Below are positions 37,323 through 51,829 of a DNA stretch of 64,000 bases, piece after piece. A program made the translations under genes and the position numbers. Under the pieces are notes generated by a model that was given only the letters and a program-made list of their open reading frames with translations, did not search any database and was not told the DNA's origin. Source of the stretch: Carcharhinus longimanus (taxonomy: Eukaryota). Position 1 is the first letter of the stretch; the number at the start of each line of letters is the position of its first letter. The stretch is from the NCBI GenBank assembly GCA_030264375.1, contig JASCQW010000150.1, positions 22,019,192 to 22,083,191 on the forward strand. Reading direction: 5' to 3'.

Positions 37323-38460
37323 AATTATTGAAATTGTTTGGCACAGAGATGAAACAGGCCAGTTCCACTCAGATATTTACCCATTTGACAGCTGAACTAG
37401 CGGTTCTTAAAGAACTGAGAACCAAACGATAAGTATGTTTTAAAAACTTACTTTTATGTGGAGCTAAGATGGATAGAAACTCTCCTCACAGCCCTACAGC
37501 ACTATGTATTAGCCTCTCTCCACCTCCCACCCCTCCAGGTCTGACCTGGGGATTACTGAAGTGAGCATCACCAATTGCAGAGCTGCAGACTGTTACGTAT
37601 TCATAACTTCTTCATTGTATAACACATAATTTATGGTTTATTTTGAGAACAAATATGCTCAAAGAGTTAATAAGAACATTTTAGAATAAATAAACAAAAT
37701 GTACTGTTTCAGCAGTATGACTTTAACCTTACCTTCATACAAACACAAAACATTGCGGAGCTTAGAATCTGAAATGAGAACAGAAAATGCTGGAAACACT
37801 TGGGAGGTTGTCAAGCTGAGTGTTTCCAGCATTTCTGTTCATTTCAATGATCTTAATCCTACACTAAATGGTGTCTCTATTCGGGACATCTGATTCTTGA
37901 TGTAACACTTCCAGTTCAAAAAGACATTAGAAATTTCTTGCTATCAGTTTGAATCTACCTGGAAAGAAAATAAGACTGCCAATATCCTTTTCCATTAGTG
38001 ATAATTAGTAACTAGAAAGGTTAGCCAGGGTTCTACATTAACTTCTATTTGCACTACTACTACTACTAACCTGCTGTAACTCTCTTCCCTCTGCAGAGGA
38101 CTGTTAATGCAAAATATATCCATGACAACTTGTTTAACACTTTACATCTCAGTGTCAATTTAGTTAATGCAGTAAGTTAATACTGTTAACAAAAAGAAGA
38201 TTGCAACAACAGAGGCCCAAACATGCAAGTAATTATCTCATTCTGGGACAGCAAGCTGGACAATCTGAAAAAGATGCTTTTTTTCTCCATTGTATTTTTT
38301 TTATTGGTATATTTACTATTTTCTGAATCCAGTACAATTTCGGTAATCCTCAAAAGGTGACTGGTATTAACACAGGCTACTGTATATTTTGTACAGCATT
38401 ATTTTACATTTCTAATAAAGTTTTTAATAATTATTTTTAACCATGACAAAAAGAAGCTTA

Positions 38461-38589
<129 letters not shown>

Positions 38590-39280
38590 TCACAAGGCCA
38601 GATTGTCAACCTACTGCCTGGCCAATAAACTCCTGTTGAAGATCAACTACCTCTTTTACGGAGTGTCCAAATTTCATTTCTATTGAGTCTGTTGGAAACA
38701 AAATATATCCTGATATGTCAAAGTAGGCAGTAACTCTCACCAATGATTCACTATCTAAGTAATGCTTGCACATCATCTCAATCAAAATAAGTAAATTGCA
38801 ACAAATTATCAACTGACTCAGAAGAACTAAACAACATCTACACCATCATTCACGATGAGAGTAGTTATAGAATTAGAACCGCGACTCATACACATAACTG
38901 CTATACCACTATAGTATGGCTTTCACTTTTCTTTTCGCTGCTTTTCCACATGATTCAAACACCCTAGACTCCACTGGGATTCTAAAACAGAACATCAGCC
39001 ATCATGTGCTGGTGCAAATTGGACATTAGTCTTTTATTGTCAACATACATGATTTGTCATATTTATTGCAAAATGTTTACTTTAAACTTAAGTTATTTTT
39101 CTATCTCATGTACAGTTATCCCAAAAATAATGTTTACACATGCAGAATGTACAAGAAGCCGATTTACATTAATTTAAATCAATTTGAATCTAAATAAAGA
39201 ACTCCCCCACCAGATCACCTCCCCCTCTCCCCCACAAGATTTTCAAACCTTGTCGACATTTATAACAGGTTCACCCAGAT

Positions 39281-39330
39281 ATAGAACATAAGAACATAAG
39301 AAATAGGAGCAGGAGTAGGCCATCTAGCCC
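39281..39330 (-). mobile_element. CR1 3' tail
   Basis: agaacataagaacataagaaataggagcaggagtaggccatctagccc is the reverse complement of the tail at about 36120-36180. Confidence 0.8.
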
Positions 39331-39929
39331 NNNNNNNNNNNNNNNNNNNNNNNNNNNNNNNNNNNNNNNNNNNNNNNNNNNNNNNNNNNNNNNNNNNNNN
39401 NNNNNNNNNNNNNNNNNNNNNNNNNNNNNNNNNNNNNNNNNNNNNNNNNNNNNNNNNNNNNNNNNNNNNNNNNNNNNNNNNNNNNNNNNNNNNNNNGGAA
39501 GGGATGATGTCGACAATGATGGGGTTGGTGATGGGGCTGCTGGCGATGGTAGGTGGTGTTCGGGGTGGGAGCGCAAGCCCGTGGTGGAGATGAGGAAGAT
39601 TAGTTTTTGTTTCTGTGACCAGGGTGCCTTTTAATAAAGGCAGCCCGATCTCAATGGAGCTGTTTCCTGTCTCTAAAAGTACCTGCCCTGCCAGACGGAC
39701 GGTGTAAACCATGCTCACTCTTTTTTTTTGGCAATTAAAAGGACAAGATCTGGAAAGAAAACTGGCCAGTGGAGCTGGGGAGTTCCATGCCAGTTTTCTC
39801 TCCAGAACTTACACTTTGCTAAATTCTTGTAAGATTTTAGCCATTGTTCCAATTTCTCCGAGGCTTGAGGAATGGCGGAGTAGACATGTGGAGAATGCTC
39901 ACCATTTAACCAATTACCTGAGGGCTATA

Positions 39930-40080
39930 TAGAGTCATAGAGGTTTACAGCATGGAAACAGGCCCTTTGGACCAACCTGTCCATACCGCCCTTTTTTTTT
40001 AAGCCCCTAGGCTAATCCCAATTGCCTGCATTTGGCCCATATCCCTCTACACTCATCTTATCCATGTAACTATCTAAATT
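39930..40080 (-). mobile_element. CR1/SINE 3' tail fragment
   Basis: agagtcatagaggtttacagcatggaaacaggccc..cctgcatttggcccatatccctcta. Confidence 0.7.
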
Positions 40081-42787
40081 GACAGGAACATTTCAAACTG
40101 CATCTATTCACTTAATTTCTGAACAAAGGTACTTAGATAAGTAACGGAAGTTATCGAGAACAGACATTTCCCATTGTCATAATGCAGTCAGTGATATTTA
40201 TATTTATTTATACCACTGTCAAGAATAAACTTTGTCAACAGAGAGTTCACTGAAGCCAATTTTTCAAATCATCTGTACATGGATTATCTGAAGTCAAGGA
40301 AAGAAGAACTAAGTGACCTCTTTTGTCATTTACCCAAGGTATATGATCTAGACACACTTGCTTCAGGAATAGTTGAGACGCAGTTATGCCTTGACTTTCC
40401 ATTTTGTGTTTCCTGTCAGATACATACAACAAAGTAATATCCTTTCAAGAAACCACCTGGGAAACCAATTTTTGTCAGACTTATTTTTCTTATTCTCTAA
40501 ATGAAGTAAACAGCTCCTGAGATATTGGAAAGATTTGGTCCATTCCAGCTGGAGTGCCACAATCACCTACACAATGAAGATGATTTTCTTTCTCAAATTT
40601 CTGAAGATGACAAGAAAAGTCTGGAAACACTGATGTTCTACTTCATCTCAGTCACCATAAATACTTAACAGTTCATCTCTTGTTGCCAAAATGGTCCCTC
40701 AGTATAAATGAATGAGATTGATCACATGGGTAATGCCTCAGATGTCACAAAATATCTCTAAAGGCAACTCTAAATAATATTTTCCAGTATGCCAGCAGTG
40801 CATAGAAGATCAGATCCAAAAAAGAATGAGAAATATACCAGAACAACTGGAAACACAATGCTTGCAAATTTGGCAAGACATATTGGCTGTCTTAAATCAT
40901 GATAACGTTGGTTTATTTTGTATGGACTATTAGTCCTAGATACCAACAACCTTAGCTTTCAAAATGTCAAAATAATGCATATTTGCATCTTGTTTTCTCT
41001 TAATATACAATCCTTGCATTACAAATTTTAAGTCACAAAGTAACAAAGAATGTTTGACCTTAAAACTATGAAATTTAGTGCCTATTCAATTTAAAAATAA
41101 TCTACTTTTGTTAAAGTGGTATGCAATCCATAAATTATTCATTTAAACAGGTCTTTATAAATTATTATTGTAATATACAGAGTGATTATGGTTCATTTTC
41201 AGTAGCTGCATAAATCTTGATACAATGGATTGCAAATCAGCTATAATGTTTTTATTAACCTTTCTAAACACCTATGTTTTTACAGCACATTAATTTAATT
41301 ATTGGAGTTATAACATGGAGTGGTAGGGGTCTGAAAATAGCTGTAAAATTTTGTCACTTGAATGGACTTAGTTTACACATGCTTACTTTGGGCAACAGGG
41401 AAGAGACATGAGAATGGGATGAGCTGGATTGATTGCTCTTGAACAGGGCAGATCTGGACTCCATGGGTCTACTGGGATCCTGCTATGCTATAACCAAGCA
41501 GTATTTAATGATAAACTAGCAGTTGTAATGCTCACAGAAGTTTTTCCCAAACATTCTCAGGAGCACAGATTTCTTAGCATTGAAGGATTTAAGGGCAGTT
41601 GATTCCATTAATATCTTCTACCATCTTGACCATTGGCCCTTTTGCATGTCATACTGTCTGGAACATTCAATACTTGGCCTAGAATTTTCTCCATGGGTGC
41701 AACCAGGAAATTGCATCTGAAAATGCACCCAGTTGTCATGTTCATTCTGCTGATGCAAAGTTGCACCCAATCTCATTTGGAAATGTCCAAACTTAAAATG
41801 GGCAAAAATCAATAAAAGCAAATTCAGGCCCAAGGAAAGTAGTGAACTTGCACCATATGTTTCTTCCTTAAGTGTAAAAAACATAAATTTTAATTCACTT
41901 AACCACTATCCATGTCCAGATGGCACAGAATGTTTAGAGATCTGCAATCAGAGCAGCTTTTCAATTTTTAATGATACTTTTGCCTTAAAATGTTTAAAAC
42001 TAAACAAAAAATTGAACTCAGGTCTCAGTGAGGATAAATTAAAAGAAATCAAAGAATAACTTTAATTCCTGCTGTACCTGAAAATCTGTGAGATCAGATT
42101 TATGAGTAAACATTAAATCAGGATTTAATAGCTGATTATAAAAGATCAAGGAGGCTTGGAAGTATTATATTTATACAACTAACCCATTTACACCCAAAAT
42201 TCTGCAATCATTTAAACCTTGCAATTGGACTATTCCCAGTTTATGTGCATCTCTGGGCACGAATGTAGAAGTGATTCCAGGCTATAGTCTACAGATAATG
42301 AGAGCACAATTTGTTACCTCTAGGATTCTTGTGTATGTCTTGGTCTCATCATTAATTAGGTGATATCAAACAATTATTGATGCAACCAATGGCAGGAAGC
42401 ATATTTTGGAATGACTACTATAATGAGCAATGTGAATAATTACAATGCTTAGTAGAAAACTAAATAATTTTGTATATACAATAGGATGCACAGGTTTGGG
42501 TCAACATCTCTGCTTTAACTTCTAGCCTTTCTGCGGATAGATACAAAGTAAAGCTTTCTGTTAAAACTAGTTTATCAATGAAGAAATCTGCCATTTTTTT
42601 CTAACAGCTTAACAACAAAAATCATAAATTGTCCATGGACTTTTGTTTCGACTCTCATAGTCTTTACAATTAGAAAATATAAAGTTCAAATAAGCTCATT
42701 TCAATCTTGCTGCCCAAAAACATGTTAAATGAAGTCCATGTCAATGAAATTAGAGGTGAATTGTCACAATCTTCACAGAAAATTTTA

Positions 42788-43057
<270 letters not shown>

Positions 43058-44033
43058 CTAAATTTTAATTTGTCTTTTAAATATACAATATCTATTGAAG
43101 ATAAATGCAATTCCAATAGAAGCCTAACTCTGAGTGGCTGAACTATATAATTTTAAACTCAAATAGTATATGCTACTTATTTCAAAATAGTCTTCAGTTG
43201 GGTCTGTGATAACTGGAACTACAATTGGTAGTACCTTAGGTTAGAGGCAGACACTTGGCTGTCCAGTGGTCACTGTCAGAAGTGCATATGTGCACACTGA
43301 ATAAGGACAGAATAAGTCTTGATTATGTTCTCTGTCCATCACAGTGAAATGACTAACTGACACTAACATGACATACACTTAAATAATAACCATGGGAACA
43401 AGGATTCAGAGGGTGTCTTGCTCATAGCAGAATGAGACAGTCAATACAAGCGTACAGTGAAGAATAATTGATAGACAAAGTTTATAAGAAAAGGAAAATT
43501 GTAACTGCAGCAGAAATATTAAGCGAATAATGGCTGGAACTGCCAACCTATGATTTGCTGAAGATATGAAACCAGAGGCCAATTCTTTGAGGAATCAAAT
43601 AAAATGTTTTAATTGGCTATATTATGTCATCTCTGCATGGCAGAAATCAATTTGGCAAGCAACAAACTTTCCCTTAGCAACAGTACTGGCAAGAATGACA
43701 GTCACATCTATGGTAGCGAATGCCGTTTTTAGTGATTTGAGTGATACCATCTGCTTACACTCCATCTTTTTACTAAACAATCTAATGAATGCAATACTTA
43801 CAATACCTTTGACAAGAAGTGATGCAGTCAAAGAGTAGTTCCTGCTTGTTATAGGAATTAAGGTAAAATATGAAAGTGTGAAAATGTTGACATATTTTAC
43901 AATCCTCTGACTGGACGCACCACAATATTTTTGATCGTATTGAAGGAAGTTGTGTATGAATTGCTAGCATTGAAAGAGTGAATGAAATGATCTGCTCAAA
44001 AAAATACTAATTGAAACAGCAGCATGAACTTAC

Positions 44034-44197
44034 GTCATAGCCTGGTAAATGGATTCTATACCAAATCGCATTGCAAACTCATCCACTATTTCTTGGGCAG
44101 TTTCATCAAAATAAACTTTCCAGGCATCATCTCCTTTTGCATCTGGAATCTTCACAACTCCATTGTTTTGTATATCCGTCAGGTAATGAAACTGATT
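44034..44197 (-). CDS. UNC13A: UNC13A exon (C2B-MUN linker / start of MUN)
   Basis: cag| to AC|gtaagt. Translates [54 protein letters not shown](T). Confidence 0.95.
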
Positions 44198-44999
44198 CTG
44201 TATGTAAAGGTATACAAAAATTAATACAATCTTTTGACAATAAATCACAGCTAGTAAATCACAATAAATTTTGTTTATATAAAAAAACAAATTTGTTTGA
44301 AACTTTTAATTGAGGCATTGTTATGTGAGGAACAATAATGTAACTCTAAATTATATATTAAATATATATATGCGCTACACAAGACATTTGTGGAAGAAAG
44401 GAAAATAGATTATTTTGTTCCTTCCAATTTCTGAAATTGTTCACATTATTGTATATAAATGAACAGTTATACCAATCAACTTCAGGTAAATCCGGCTCTG
44501 AAGGGTGACATAAATGGCATGTGATATCAGTTGTACATTCTAGTGAAAAATTGTCAGGATTGCCACTAAAATTTAAAACATAATTTTAAGCTGAAGGAAG
44601 CAAAGGGACAAATTCTCCAAGAAAAAGCAAACTTCATCATCAATGGAATCAGAAAGATCTTGAGAATTACCCTCAGTCAAGACCAGTTAGACTGTAAGCA
44701 AATCAAGAAATCCAGCTAATGCCATAAAGTGATTTTTAAGTTAATTAAATCCAGTTACTGACACTGAATCTCTTCTGAAATAGATGTTTTATTTTACCAC
44801 AAATGATTAGGAGTTTATTGCTAGCTCTAAAAGAAAATTTTGCTAGTTGAGTTGATCTTCATGATATTCTACATAAGTTGCACCACTCTGGTTCACCCAT
44901 CCCAATGGTGGTAAAATCCCATCTAATATCTAGGATATCAGGTGGTCGTCAGGGGGTTCCCCATCGAGAAATAAACAAAGACACCAATATAATAATTCA

Positions 45000-45143
<144 letters not shown>

Positions 45144-47065
45144 TTATCAATAGAATACAGAAAAATGTGTTAAACATTACAGAAGTAAAACTAGAGCCAA
45201 GGTCGGTCTGAATCCATTTTGTCAAGCTTTTTTTTTTAAAAAGAATAGAACAACTTTGCACAGTAGCAATTAATTTTGAGACATACAGCTCCGAACCATA
45301 CCTTGAGAATTTATAATTTTATAATGAGGGTGATAAGAATAATTCTGGGAAAATATTTCCATCTATATAGGAAACTTACAAATGATTATATCCATAACTG
45401 GAGACCTGTATAAGTGAATTTCTCATTTTATAAAAATGTTTTTATTATGGACAGAATTTTCCAGCTCTTCTCACTAGGACGATCCCCAATCCCCCCATCT
45501 GCTGCAGGAGAATTCCTTTTTTGGCTTTATGTTTGTCCTCAACAATATTTTTAGTCAACCATCTATTATCAGAAAGAAGTGGCCTAAATTATGAAGGAAA
45601 ATTGCATGCATCTTTCTAGTAGCTTAAAAGACAAACGAGTCAGTAAAATTCTCATTGTCCTCATTTTCTTTTTGGCTTAATTTCTGATTGGGAATTCTTT
45701 TTTATTTACATATATATATTTTAGAAGCAATTGAACATTTTGATTAGCCAGTTATATCTTGCCACAGAAACACTTTTGTGACTTTGTATATGGATGTTGC
45801 AATGAAAAAGTTTCCCACATCTAAAGACACATGAACAGACAAAGCTCATGCTGATGTAGCTAGTTTTTCCTGGAACAGGCCAGAGAGGTGGTTTGAGAGA
45901 TGCCACTCTGCATCAAGCATGGCTAACCAGGAGACTCTCCCACTCTTACTGCCTGCCACAAATGTATTAAAGGGATATACGGGTTAATCATAAACTCATT
46001 TGGCCATGTCATGAATGCATTTTCCATGGCCATCGAGTTCTGGAGTGGACTTAAACTCAGAGCTTCTGGCTTAGAGGTAGGGATGCCATCCATTGCGCCA
46101 CAAGACCACCTTAGAGGTCATTACCATAGGCACAATTTGAACATTCACATCACTCTTCAAAGCATACCAGCACATTATATTAAACAGTGAAGAAATAGAA
46201 GTAGCATTGGAGAAAGAGCCATCCTTCAGGTCTTACAGTGAGTATATTAAAACAGGAAAAAATAAGTTATTCTTGGATCATAAGATATTTAATAGCAAGC
46301 AAATATTTGTTCAGAACAAATTAATTAATCTTTGAGCTCAAATATGAAGAATTATACACAATTCCTATCAGTATGATATCATTAGTTATTAAACAGATGG
46401 GATCAAACAAATTTACCATTTGATCGCTGTCAAAATGAAGAGGAAAAGAGGGGCAATTTTTGCATATTTTAATATATAAAAGTTGTGTCACAGTTTGCCA
46501 TTCATTGCAAAAGATGTCAGCCTAATAAAGTAACTTAAATGCCCATTTATTTTATAACTGGAAATAAAAAAAACACAAATTAAATTGGGAAATTGATGGC
46601 TTCACAAAGTCAGCACCTTGTAACTGTAATTTTTTGGCCTCTGCTCCACTGGAGTGTAGCTCCCTGTTGTCAGTATGGAAAGCATGAAGTACAGTAAATT
46701 CCAACTGATTTTAATTATAAATTAATCAAGGATTGTACTAACGCAACAAAAAGCTCTGGTGTGTTTTCAGTGCATGGGTAGCACATTTCCTTCCAATTTT
46801 TGTTTTATTCACTCATAGGAACCAGTGCCATTGGCATTTAATGCTTTTTCCCAATTGTTCTTGAGACGGTGAGTTTCCTTCTTGAACCACTGCAGTCCAT
46901 TTGATGTCGGTGTACTCACAGTGCTGCTATTATATTGAAGTTTAAAAAAATACAGAACACCCTTTTCTTTACAGTTTGCATCAGTTTTACAAAATATTGC
47001 TTCAGTTTCTTCTTACTTCAGGATTAGGGAATGTATTATATAGAATGTGTATTCGCAAAAGAAGA

Positions 47066-47274
47066 TCGTAAGAAGTCTTACAACATCAGGTTAAAGTCCA
47101 ATAGATTTATTTGGAATCACGGGCTTTTGGAGNNNNNNNNNNNNNNNNNNNNNNNNNNNNNNNNNNNNNNNNNNNNNNNNNNNNNNNNNNNNNATAAACT
47201 TGTTGGACTTTAACCTGGTGTTGCGAGATTTCTAACTGTGCCCACCCCAGTCCAACGTGGGCATCTCCACTCAT
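47066..47274. mobile_element. Short fold-back element (Penelope-like terminus derivative)
   Basis: gtaagaagtcttacaacatcaggttaaagtccaa ... gttggactttaacctggtgttgcgagatttct; flanked by caaaagaaga at 47056-47065 and 47275-47284; centre is N. Confidence 0.75.
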
Positions 47275-48725
47275 CAAAAGAAGACAGTAGTAGTAGCAGA
47301 GAAAAAAATTGGAAGACAGAGGAAAAGGCAGTTGACTTGAGAAACTGGGTTAACTAGTATTTTGCTTCTTCCAAATTGACATCATTTTTAAAGCTTTTAT
47401 AAGTATAAGGAAGCCAATGCAGTTAAGCCAAAGTACTAATTTTTTTTAAGAGTAAGCTACTAAAGTGTTTGATATTCAGCCAATATCAGCATTAATATGT
47501 TTTTGTTCCTTGACAGATTCAAAACAAGTTTAAATTGACAGTTTGGCACTGAGATTCGTAGTCTAGATTATTATCAGATCTGAAAGAATTCACATGCAAT
47601 TCACATTTCTCTTTAACAGCTCAGAGAGAAAGAAACTTACCTACATCAGAAGATTACTGATGGAATAATTTAAAAAGCAAGGGTGATTCTAAGATTTAGA
47701 ACTCAGAATTATGCAGAAAAATTTAAAGGAATTGACTTTTCCCACCACAGAAAACAAGTTTGAAAGGAGTCACAATTTAGATTATTAAAAATACTAAACA
47801 AAATGAGTTCGTAAATGTCAGTACATTATTTACTTTGGGCAATACTAGAAGTCATGATAATTGAATTAACACGGTTGAGATTAGAAATTATCCCTTCCAC
47901 CCACCACCCCCCCTCCAAAAGAGATGCAGATAAAGCAGCTAATGTTATGCTGGTTCATAGCAAATGGATAAATATGTGGTTATGCACAGCTTTTTGAGAC
48001 AGCTGAGGCATAAATAAGTGAATCATTTTTGTCGCGCTCGAATAAACACTTGTATCGGTGCGGTAGTAACTGGCCATTTTTATTTTCAGATCATTTAGAA
48101 TGTTCCAGTCAAAGATCAATAAAAACAAAAGAAGAGAGATTTTGGAGTTGAATTGCTCATTTATGATGTGCTTATTTCTATCAGGGCCCACCTAGAGTTC
48201 CGTTATTGTTTGCAAACAATAATTGTCTTTGTGGTATGATGTACTTTAAATATTACACAAAAATGATTTCAGAATACATCATGAACTGTGATAGATCAAA
48301 GGTTAAAAAAAAGTGTGTAAGATGATTGCAAAGTTTCTTACCATTCAAATGGATTAATGATTGTGTGCAAACTCTCAAAATAAACAACAATTCTGTTTCA
48401 GCAGGAACACTAAGCAGCACCACAATCTAATTAAAGATCATACATATTGAGGAGAACGTATGAGAAAATAGTTGTCTTTTACAATACTTAAACCATTTGT
48501 TTGAGCAGTCACAGAAAGGGTGCCGTCATTAAGTTTTTGGCTGGCTACTGTCTTAGACTATTAGTATGTCACATTTTCCAAAACTTGGAGAATCTGGTTT
48601 ATTAATAGTCTAAGACAAAAAGAAGACATTCATTATTTTAGATTTTTGAATGAAGAAATCTCTTCCTTTTACAGAAAATAAGTATTGATCAGTTTCTGTT
48701 GCTGATGCTATGCCCATTATAAGCT

Positions 48726-48888
48726 CGTAAGAAGTCTTACAACACCAGGTTTATTTAGTAGCTAACGCCACTAAGCGCTCCAAAAGCTAGTGGCGTTTGC
48801 TACCAAATAAATCTGTTGGATTTTAACCTGGTGTTGTAAAGCCTCTTACTGTGTTTACCCCAGTCCAACGCCAGCAACTCCACATCAT
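48726..48888. mobile_element. Short fold-back element (Penelope-like terminus derivative)
   Basis: Same arms as the 22049 and 47066 copies; flanked by cattataagct at 48715-48725 and 48886-48896. Confidence 0.75.
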
Positions 48889-49005
48889 TATAAGCTAGAC
48901 ATTATACTCTCTCTATAAAAAAATTGGTTTAAAATGTTCAATGATGGAATTAAAGAAAAACTATTTTTTAACCAGAATTCCTCTTTAAGTAGCTGCTATA
49001 CAAAT

Positions 49006-49743
49006 TGGGAGCAGATTTTCACTCAATCCTACACTTCCTAGCTGTTTGAGAAGAGTTCACATAAAAATTGGTTTTATATCAATTCGCTAATCCTCAGAGC
49101 GCTTGGGTTCCGTTGCACAAGGGTGCCCCGATCTCAGATTGCACTGGAAGACACCCCCCCCCACCCCGCCTTCCCCCATGGACAAAGGGACAAACTTCCC
49201 ACCCCCTCCTCATCGGTGGCATGTTCCTACACCCCCTCACTGACACGGGTCGCTGGCATTAGGGCCCTCCTGATAGGTCCCACTGTCTGGCCCCCCAACA
49301 AGTCTGCTTTCACAATCCACTCTGCACTTCATGGACCCCCCTCAGGACTCATCCTCTCCTAAGCCACTGGCAGTGCCCAACTGCCATAATGGAAGTGCTC
49401 AACTGTCACTGCCAGGCTGCCTGGTGGACACTGTCGGGTGTTTCAGTGGCCTTTGGAGCCCCAATATGACTGCTGTGCCAGGTCTCCGGTAGTGGCAATG
49501 ACTACTATTTCTTGCCATTAACGTGCTGCATCCAAAGGCTGGTGAATTCTGTTCCGCTGGGATTTGAATTAGCTTTGCATATTTGAATGCTACTAAAATC
49601 AGTTCACATCATTAGGAAGGGGCCAGGAGACTTACAAGCTGTTTGGCACCAAGTGTGAAATGGAATTTTAGTCCCGCACACTGTTCTCCGGGACTGGCGT
49701 GATCTACTAATGGTGCAATGAGGTCAGAGAATTCAACCTCCCC
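49006..49743. mobile_element. MITE-like GC-rich element
   Basis: Begins gggagcagattttc and ends gagaattcaacctccc (imperfect terminal inverted repeats); interior similar to 6467-7212. Confidence 0.55.
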
Positions 49744-51032
49744 AAAAGTTTTTAAATTTTTTTGTGCAATCAATACAGTTGACACCAATCAGTACTCCTC
49801 TAAGCAAAAAAATCTATTTCATTGACAGTACNNNNNNNNNNNNNNNNNNNNNGTCAACCAATGAACTGAAAAGGAGGCATGACAATCACTAGATCTTATT
49901 TAATATACTGGCAACCATTCCAAGGTTCACTATTGTCTTATTGTTTTTCTTCTTATTATGAAAACATTACAAAAGGCCTTTTTTCTTTAGCTTCTGACAC
50001 AGAATTCATAATTTCCCATAAAGATTGACAGATGAGCTATTACTAGATTATCAAAGTATTCCGTTTCTCAGTGACAAGAAGTATTCTTTGCTGGCTCATG
50101 CCTCCCCTGAGTGACCTATTGCAAATCAGAAACTTATAATTGAAGAACTTTCACCTTAATATAGCATTATGCTCAAATATAAACTAAAGACCAATTTGTC
50201 CCTGCCTTAGTGATCTAAATATGTTGAATTTTTATATGTACTTATCTTATTTGAATATAAGTGGTATTTAATTTATTTAGTTTAAACTAGAATTAATTAT
50301 ATATTTAGTTTTGCTGTATTTACTTTCTTGTATTTGAAGGTCTTGAATAGATTGCTTAACAAACACTTGTTTACTGAGAGTCCTAAGACTTTAAGCTGTT
50401 TTGTTGCAATGAATACAGATAAACTTATTAAAATATAATGTCATCAATAAAATTATGTGTCTTATAACTTTGTATTAGATTGTGTGTTGAACTTTGATGT
50501 TGAAATGCAGAATAGCATATGATCTTTAATTTCTCTTTAAGCTTGTACACTACAGGCACACACTAAAAAAATTAAAAACCTGTATGGTAATGTATCTCAG
50601 GTCTTGTAGCATTTTCTTTTGACTGCATTCACATCAATATTCAGACTTTAAAACAGTAACTGAAAAAGGAAATGAAAACAAATAAAAATATTCAACATAT
50701 TTTTAGTAGCATAACGCGAAAATGCATTCTGCACCACTTTAAAAAAAATTATACTGAGAATGAATTGACGATATTTCATGTTTCTCTGTTATATCCTTAT
50801 TGTTAGTCATCTCATTATGTCCTAATTCAGTGGGAAGGGTGGAGATTCACCTGAGATATTCATTTTTGCATGTCCGCCATCATGTTGTGCTATACAACAT
50901 TGTTGTGACTCTGGGGCTGAGTGTGACAGATCTTCTAGGCAACCTTCACTTTTGTGTGGTATTGTCATATTGCAAATTATTATCCATTTAGATACGACTA
51001 GAGGCAATACAGAACAACATAATAAATATCTA

Positions 51033-51248
<216 letters not shown>

Positions 51249-51310
51249 TTAGTTTCTGAATCAACAGGGTTCTCCGTTCAATTTGCTCTTTTTTTTACAT
51301 GTTCAATTGG

Positions 51311-51466
51311 ATGAAAATGTGATTTTTTTTAGATGAAAATGTGATTTTTCAACAAGAGTTTGTGTTAAGATAATATGTATAATTAGAATAAATAATTATA
51401 TTTATAAATAATATAATTTATAAATTATATTTATAAATAATAATATGTATAATTTAGAATAAATAA
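51311..51466. repeat. Local tandem duplications in an AT-rich tract
   Basis: gatgaaaatgtgattttt x2; taatatgtataatt(t)agaataaataa x2; aattatatttataaataata x2. Confidence 0.8.
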
Positions 51467-51551
51467 GGTGTTATAGAATCTAGATGACCTAAATGAGTGA
51501 CCAAATCAAGCTCTGGCTGTGGGAGCATGAAACAACAATCAAAATAGTTTT

Positions 51552-51736
51552 AAAAACTACGGATGCTGGAAATTTGAAATCAAATCAGAAAATGCCCAAA
51601 ATACTTGGCAAGTCTCACAGAAGCTGTAGAGAGAGAAACAGAGTTAACGTTTCAATCAATGACCTTTCATCAGACCTGAAACTTTTTCTATAAAGAGCCA
51701 GAAACTTTTTATCTGCTGACATATTTCCAGCATTTG
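51552..51736. mobile_element. Penelope-like terminal-repeat remnant with hammerhead-like core
   Basis: Outer inverted arms gatgctggaaat / atttccagcatt; inner gagagagaaacagagttaacgtttcaatcaatgacctttcatcaga. Confidence 0.6.
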
Positions 51737-51829
51737 ATGGGGATTTAGTTCATAATAATTAAAGCTAGAAAAGATAATGGTAATGGAAAAAATGTTCTTT
51801 TACTGTGCTACATTGCTTTTCATTACAAA

